Shown here: positions 41,000 through 43,444 of the stretch, piece by piece
Position numbering within the stretch: the first letter of the stretch is position 1
Layout of the letters: the number at the start of each line of letters is the position of its first letter
Origin: Callorhinchus milii
Taxonomy: Eukaryota
Direction of reading: 5' to 3'
DNA: 43,444 nucleotides
Assembly: GCF_018977255.1 (NCBI RefSeq)
Contig: NW_024704768.1
Coordinates: 2,728,001 to 2,771,444, forward strand
Made by a program: the position numbers and the translations under genes
Notes under the pieces: generated by a model
Databases searched by the model: none
What the model was told of the DNA's origin: nothing
The model's input: only the letters and a program-made list of their open reading frames with translations

Positions 41000-41270
41000 T
41001 CTCCCACTGGAGCTCTCTAATCTCATCCAATTCCCTTTCTCTCTCCCCCATCGTGTCTCTGCTGGGGCTCGTTCCCCGTCCCACTGGAGCTCTCTATTGT
41101 AACCCCATTCCCTGTTCTCTGTCTCTCTCTCTCTCTGTCTCTCTCCCCGTCGTGTCTGTGCTGGGGCTCGCTCCCTTACAGGAGCTCTCTACTCTAACCC
41201 CATTCCCCTGCGCTCTCTCTCTCTCTCTCCTCTCTCTCTCTAGCCATCGTGTCTGTGCTGGGGCTCGCCT
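41000..41270. repeat. Three ~80-100 bp tandem units (ggagctctcta...ccattccc-(CT)n-cgtgtctgtgctggggctcg)
   Basis: Three copies with variable internal (CT)n length. Confidence 0.8.
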
Positions 41271-41449
41271 CGTGACCAACCGCCATTTTAGTCAGTAGCT
41301 CACTTCACGGGTGTGTTTGAAGGGGCGTTGCTGTTGCGAAATGGCCGTTGAGTTCACTTCCAAATAAAACTAATCCTCGTTGAGCTTTACTGCAATTACC
41401 TGCGAAATGTTTTGAGCCCGACTTGACATCGAACGCAAAGAACCATTAC

Positions 41450-41905
41450 GAGACTGAGGGCTGTCTGCGGTCTGATCCATGGGTTTATAAAATAGGAAAA
41501 CTCAAGCTACTGCAAGAGGGAGAGAATTTAGGCAGAGAAAATGGAGTGATGCCAGGCTTCGTGTAATATTTCTCCTCATCTCCCTGCTTGGTGAAAGGTG
41601 AGGAGCCAGTGAAACTAAACTATTACTATATATGGCATTGATGCATACACCAGCCTTAGGCTTAGGGAGATAGTAATCTAGGTGTGTCCTCTAAAGCCAT
41701 GGCTTATGGCCAAGGCTAAGCAGAATGAAGTTCTCATAACAGCATCCAATTCTGTTTGGGATGATATATTGGTGCTCCCCAGGCTCCAGAGTCAATGCAG
41801 AAGACAGCAATGCAGATGATTGATGCGGTGTTGAGTTGTGGAGAGAGTTGTGAGCAACGATTAGACAAGCTATGGACTTGGATTCAACCTTGAGAGATGA
41901 CTCTG
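41450..41905 (+). mobile_element. Highly degenerate non-LTR reverse-transcriptase fragment (RTE-like)
   Basis: Frameshifted remnants in the expected order: LI-GLY...T-A-(V)R; GV-(Q)G...ISP-L; ILF-DDILVL; YGLGFNLE. Confidence 0.45.
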
Positions 41906-41957
41906 TCACTCCCTCCCTCTATCCCTCCGCCTTGCTCCTTTTGTCCCCCCCATCTGT

Positions 41958-42293
41958 GTGGAGTCCTGTAGCTCAGTGGTTAGAGCACTCGCTTTGCGAG
42001 CGAGAGACCTGAGTTCAATTCCAGGCAGAGGGCGAAACCTCGGGCAAGTTTCCTTACTCCACACAGAGCCTAATAATAATCCCTCCAAAACCAAAAACAA
42101 TAATAAATTGGTCATTTTCAATCTACGACTGTTTGTGGGACATTGCTGTGCGCAATCGGCTGCCGCGTTCGCCCACAAATATACAGTCAATTCACTTTAC
42201 AGTGTATTCTGTGAAGCGCTTTGGGACGTCCTCCCGACGTGAAAAGCGCTATATCAAATGCGAGGATTATTATTATTATTATTATTATTATTA
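41958..42293 (+). mobile_element. Full-length young SINE inserted into an L2 3' fragment (TSD ATCT)
   Basis: Flanks rejoin to ...ccccatct|tcaggtcgcgcctgaagacc, which is seen uninterrupted at ~25760-25790. Confidence 0.9.
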
Positions 42294-43444
42294 TCTTCAG
42301 GTCGCGCCTGAAGACCTTCCTATTCGACCGGGCTTACGGTCTGCTGTAATTTCAGGACAGACGCCAGGAAGTTTTTCTTTAAGGGGTAATCAAAGACTGG
42401 AACAGGAAGGGTGGTTGAGGCCAGGGCACTGGGACTCATTTAAAAAAAACAGCTTGATGCTGGGGTGGGGTGGGAGAACGGTAGGGTGGGTGTTCGGGAA
42501 GGATAAGGTCAGATGGACCGAAGGGCGTAGATCAGTGGTTAGGGCACTCTCGTTCGATTCACGGACAGTCACTACACTTTACAGTGTATTCTGTGAAGCG
42601 CTTTGAGCCGTCTCGAAGACATGATAAGGAGCTACATCAAGCGCAAGGGTTATTATGTTCATCTGGAACCAGTTGTACGACGTGGAGGTTATTTCTCGTG
42701 CTCTACGTCTCGAAACAAACGAGAGCCGTTCGCTTCACGGACGTGCGTGGTTCGTTGCTGCGAGGAGATTGACTGCCCACACAACGCACACGGTCACTTC
42801 ACTCCGTGATAAGTTCTGAGAATCGCTTCTTGAGAGGTTAAAGAGAAACCAACGGAGAATTTTAAAGCGCTCTCTCTCTCTCTCTCTCGTCTTCCCACCG
42901 TCCCTTCACACACACACACACAGACACAGACACACACACACAATTGCTGTTTATTCATGTTATTGTGGTTAAACCCAGTGCCAACCACCCACTTTCTGCG
43001 CCCCGCCGTGCTCTCAGCGTTAATGGAAGGAGAGACCTCTTTACTTGTCCGTATCTCCGCATTCCGCACACCCGCCGCCGCTGTTCACGGGTAACACTCT
43101 TTCGGAGCTACCGACCGACTACACACGGAGGGACTGGACATGAGTTCTGACGTGTGGCGTCTTGCACTATAACTCTTTCTGGATTCTTTCTGACGCGCCT
43201 CTGTAAACACCCCCTCACCCCCCACCCCCCCCCCCCCCCCCCCCCCCCCACCCCCACCCCCCTGTGCGGTGGTATTGAAGGGTGGCCGACACCTTCCTGT
43301 CTCACCTTCACCTCCAGGTTTTAGTCACGAACCTGAGACGAGACGGGATTTGTCTGCGAAGTTTACGGCCGGGAAGGAGTTTCACTGAGTTTGCTTTGTG
43401 GGGCGTTGAATGGGTCCTTTGTCTTTTGAGACTTGATCTCTTCT

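Noticed and set aside
41000-41270. Repeat-spacer appearance (CRISPR-like)
   Set aside because: Eukaryotic context, only three degenerate units, the spacers are (CT)n variants, and there are no cas genes.
41486-41600. TATAAAA plus short exon-like stretch with hydrophobic frame and donor AAG|gtgagg
   Set aside because: Both ATGs hit stops within a few codons, and the region fits better as part of a degenerate RT fragment.
30100-43444. Coding exons of a further gene
   Set aside because: No ORF or splice-bounded segment with recognisable protein similarity outside repeats; short or non-coding exons cannot be excluded by eye.

Overview
Eukaryotic, intron-containing vertebrate genomic DNA. It is very probably a cartilaginous fish (holocephalan-like), inferred from the dense tRNA-headed Deu-core SINEs with L2-type tails plus L2 and CR1 fragments. 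Almost all listed ORFs are spurious; the real genes are spliced. The left ~19 kb is a recently rearranged cluster of three 4-exon, 133-aa prototype (galectin-1/2-like) galectin genes. Copy 1 (minus) and copy 2 (plus) sit head-to-head in a ~4 kb inverted duplication; copy 3 (plus) follows a ~2.3 kb tandem duplication and a solo LTR. All three replace canonical beta-galactoside-binding residues (N46D, N61A in galectin-1 numbering; copy 2 also E71Q/R73Q). Amino-acid changes between copies are concentrated in the ligand-binding exon while the introns are ~98% identical, which suggests a fast-diversifying non-canonical lectin family. Paired STAT6-type sites sit in the promoters, and extended CTCF-like motif clusters lie in the palindrome spacer and just downstream of copy 3. 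Next come FAIM2 (11 coding exons, 277 aa) and BCDIN3D (2 exons, 250 aa), in the same order and orientation as in human. The last ~14 kb is repeat-rich with no coding exon I can support. All coordinates and counts were read by hand.
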